A stretch of DNA of 63,245 bases, filler included, from Octopus bimaculoides (lineage: Eukaryota), in NCBI RefSeq assembly GCF_001194135.2. It is 5 parts of 5 records of this genome, joined end to end, with 100 filler letters (N's around TTAATTAATTAA, not from the genome) between each part and the next. Parts side by side here need not be neighbours in the genome. Positions count along the whole stretch, not along the records: positions 60,602 to 63,245 come from NW_026430057.1; 4 more parts are not named here. One strand, 5' to 3'. Within the stretch, counting starts at the first letter, position 1. Every line of letters begins with the position of its first letter. The position numbers were made by a program, and so were the translations under genes. The notes beneath the pieces were generated by a model. That model searched no databases. It had not been told where the DNA came from and saw nothing but the letters and a program-made list of their open reading frames with translations. Shown here in pieces: positions 62,561 to 63,245 of the stretch.

Positions 62561-63245
62561 ATATATAAATACATACATACACTCACACACGCATACATAT
62601 ACACATCAGATAAAACAAANNNNNNNNNNNNNNNGTGAAAAAATAGTTATTCCATTAGTTTACAGCTGTTTTGTTTTCATGTTATATAAATGGCATTACA
62701 TTACCCTTCACACATATATAAAATATACATATAGATATATATGTACACCAGAATATAGAAATGATTGTAAATTAACAGACTACTCTTCAAAATGCTTCAT
62801 GCTAGGTTAAAACATTCATTCTACTACATCCAGCAAACAGTTTTCATCATATATCACAAACACTAAATGCATTCAATAGGTTACCATATATGGCTTGTGT
62901 TAAGGGCACGATCAATACAAATTCTGAGAAAAAGCAGTAGAGAAAAATAAGAAAAGAAAACAGGATGATAAATAGGTACAAAATGTAAAATAAGAAAAAT
63001 AAAGATTTATGTGACCTCTGATTCTTTAAAAACCTATTCTTACTATACACACACACACACACACAGAATTTAACTTGTTTTTTACCTTTTTTTAAATTGT
63101 GCGTATCATTTTTCGAAGAATAACACTTATTATTTACTTTATTGTGTAATACTACACCTGTACTGAACATTCATAGCTCTCATGTCTAGTGAAGTATGAT
63201 TAATGAGATTATAGAGTTGTTTGGCAAGATTCTTAGTATGAAATC

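Overview
AT-rich, microsatellite- and SINE-dense animal genomic DNA with many N gaps. The repeat landscape is typical of a coleoid cephalopod such as Octopus; this is inferred, not proven. The only firmly recognisable host gene is a cAMP-specific phosphodiesterase PDE4 (dunce-like) on the + strand. Two of its UCR2 exons are present (38015-38127 and 41433-41526), with canonical splice sites and the lengths and phases I recall for vertebrate PDE4; the rest of the gene lies outside the window or in gaps. The remainder is intronic or intergenic DNA containing tRNA-derived SINEs, RTE and L2/CR1 LINE relics, a Penelope-like element, a deleted Gypsy LTR element, a probable solo LTR, a hAT MITE, a mariner fold-back, a Helitron-like element and several minisatellites. 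The most interesting leads are: (1) an unexplained, strongly signalled 160-nt exon candidate (48671-48830) downstream of UCR2 that could encode a transmembrane-anchored N-terminus or truncate PDE4; (2) several minimal hammerhead ribozyme motifs in Penelope-type repeats, ranging from intact to decayed; (3) a SINE-derived 207-bp satellite with a perfect 17-bp hairpin; (4) a switch from CpG-rich to CpG-depleted DNA near 35 kb. No prokaryote-type system such as CRISPR or an operon is present.
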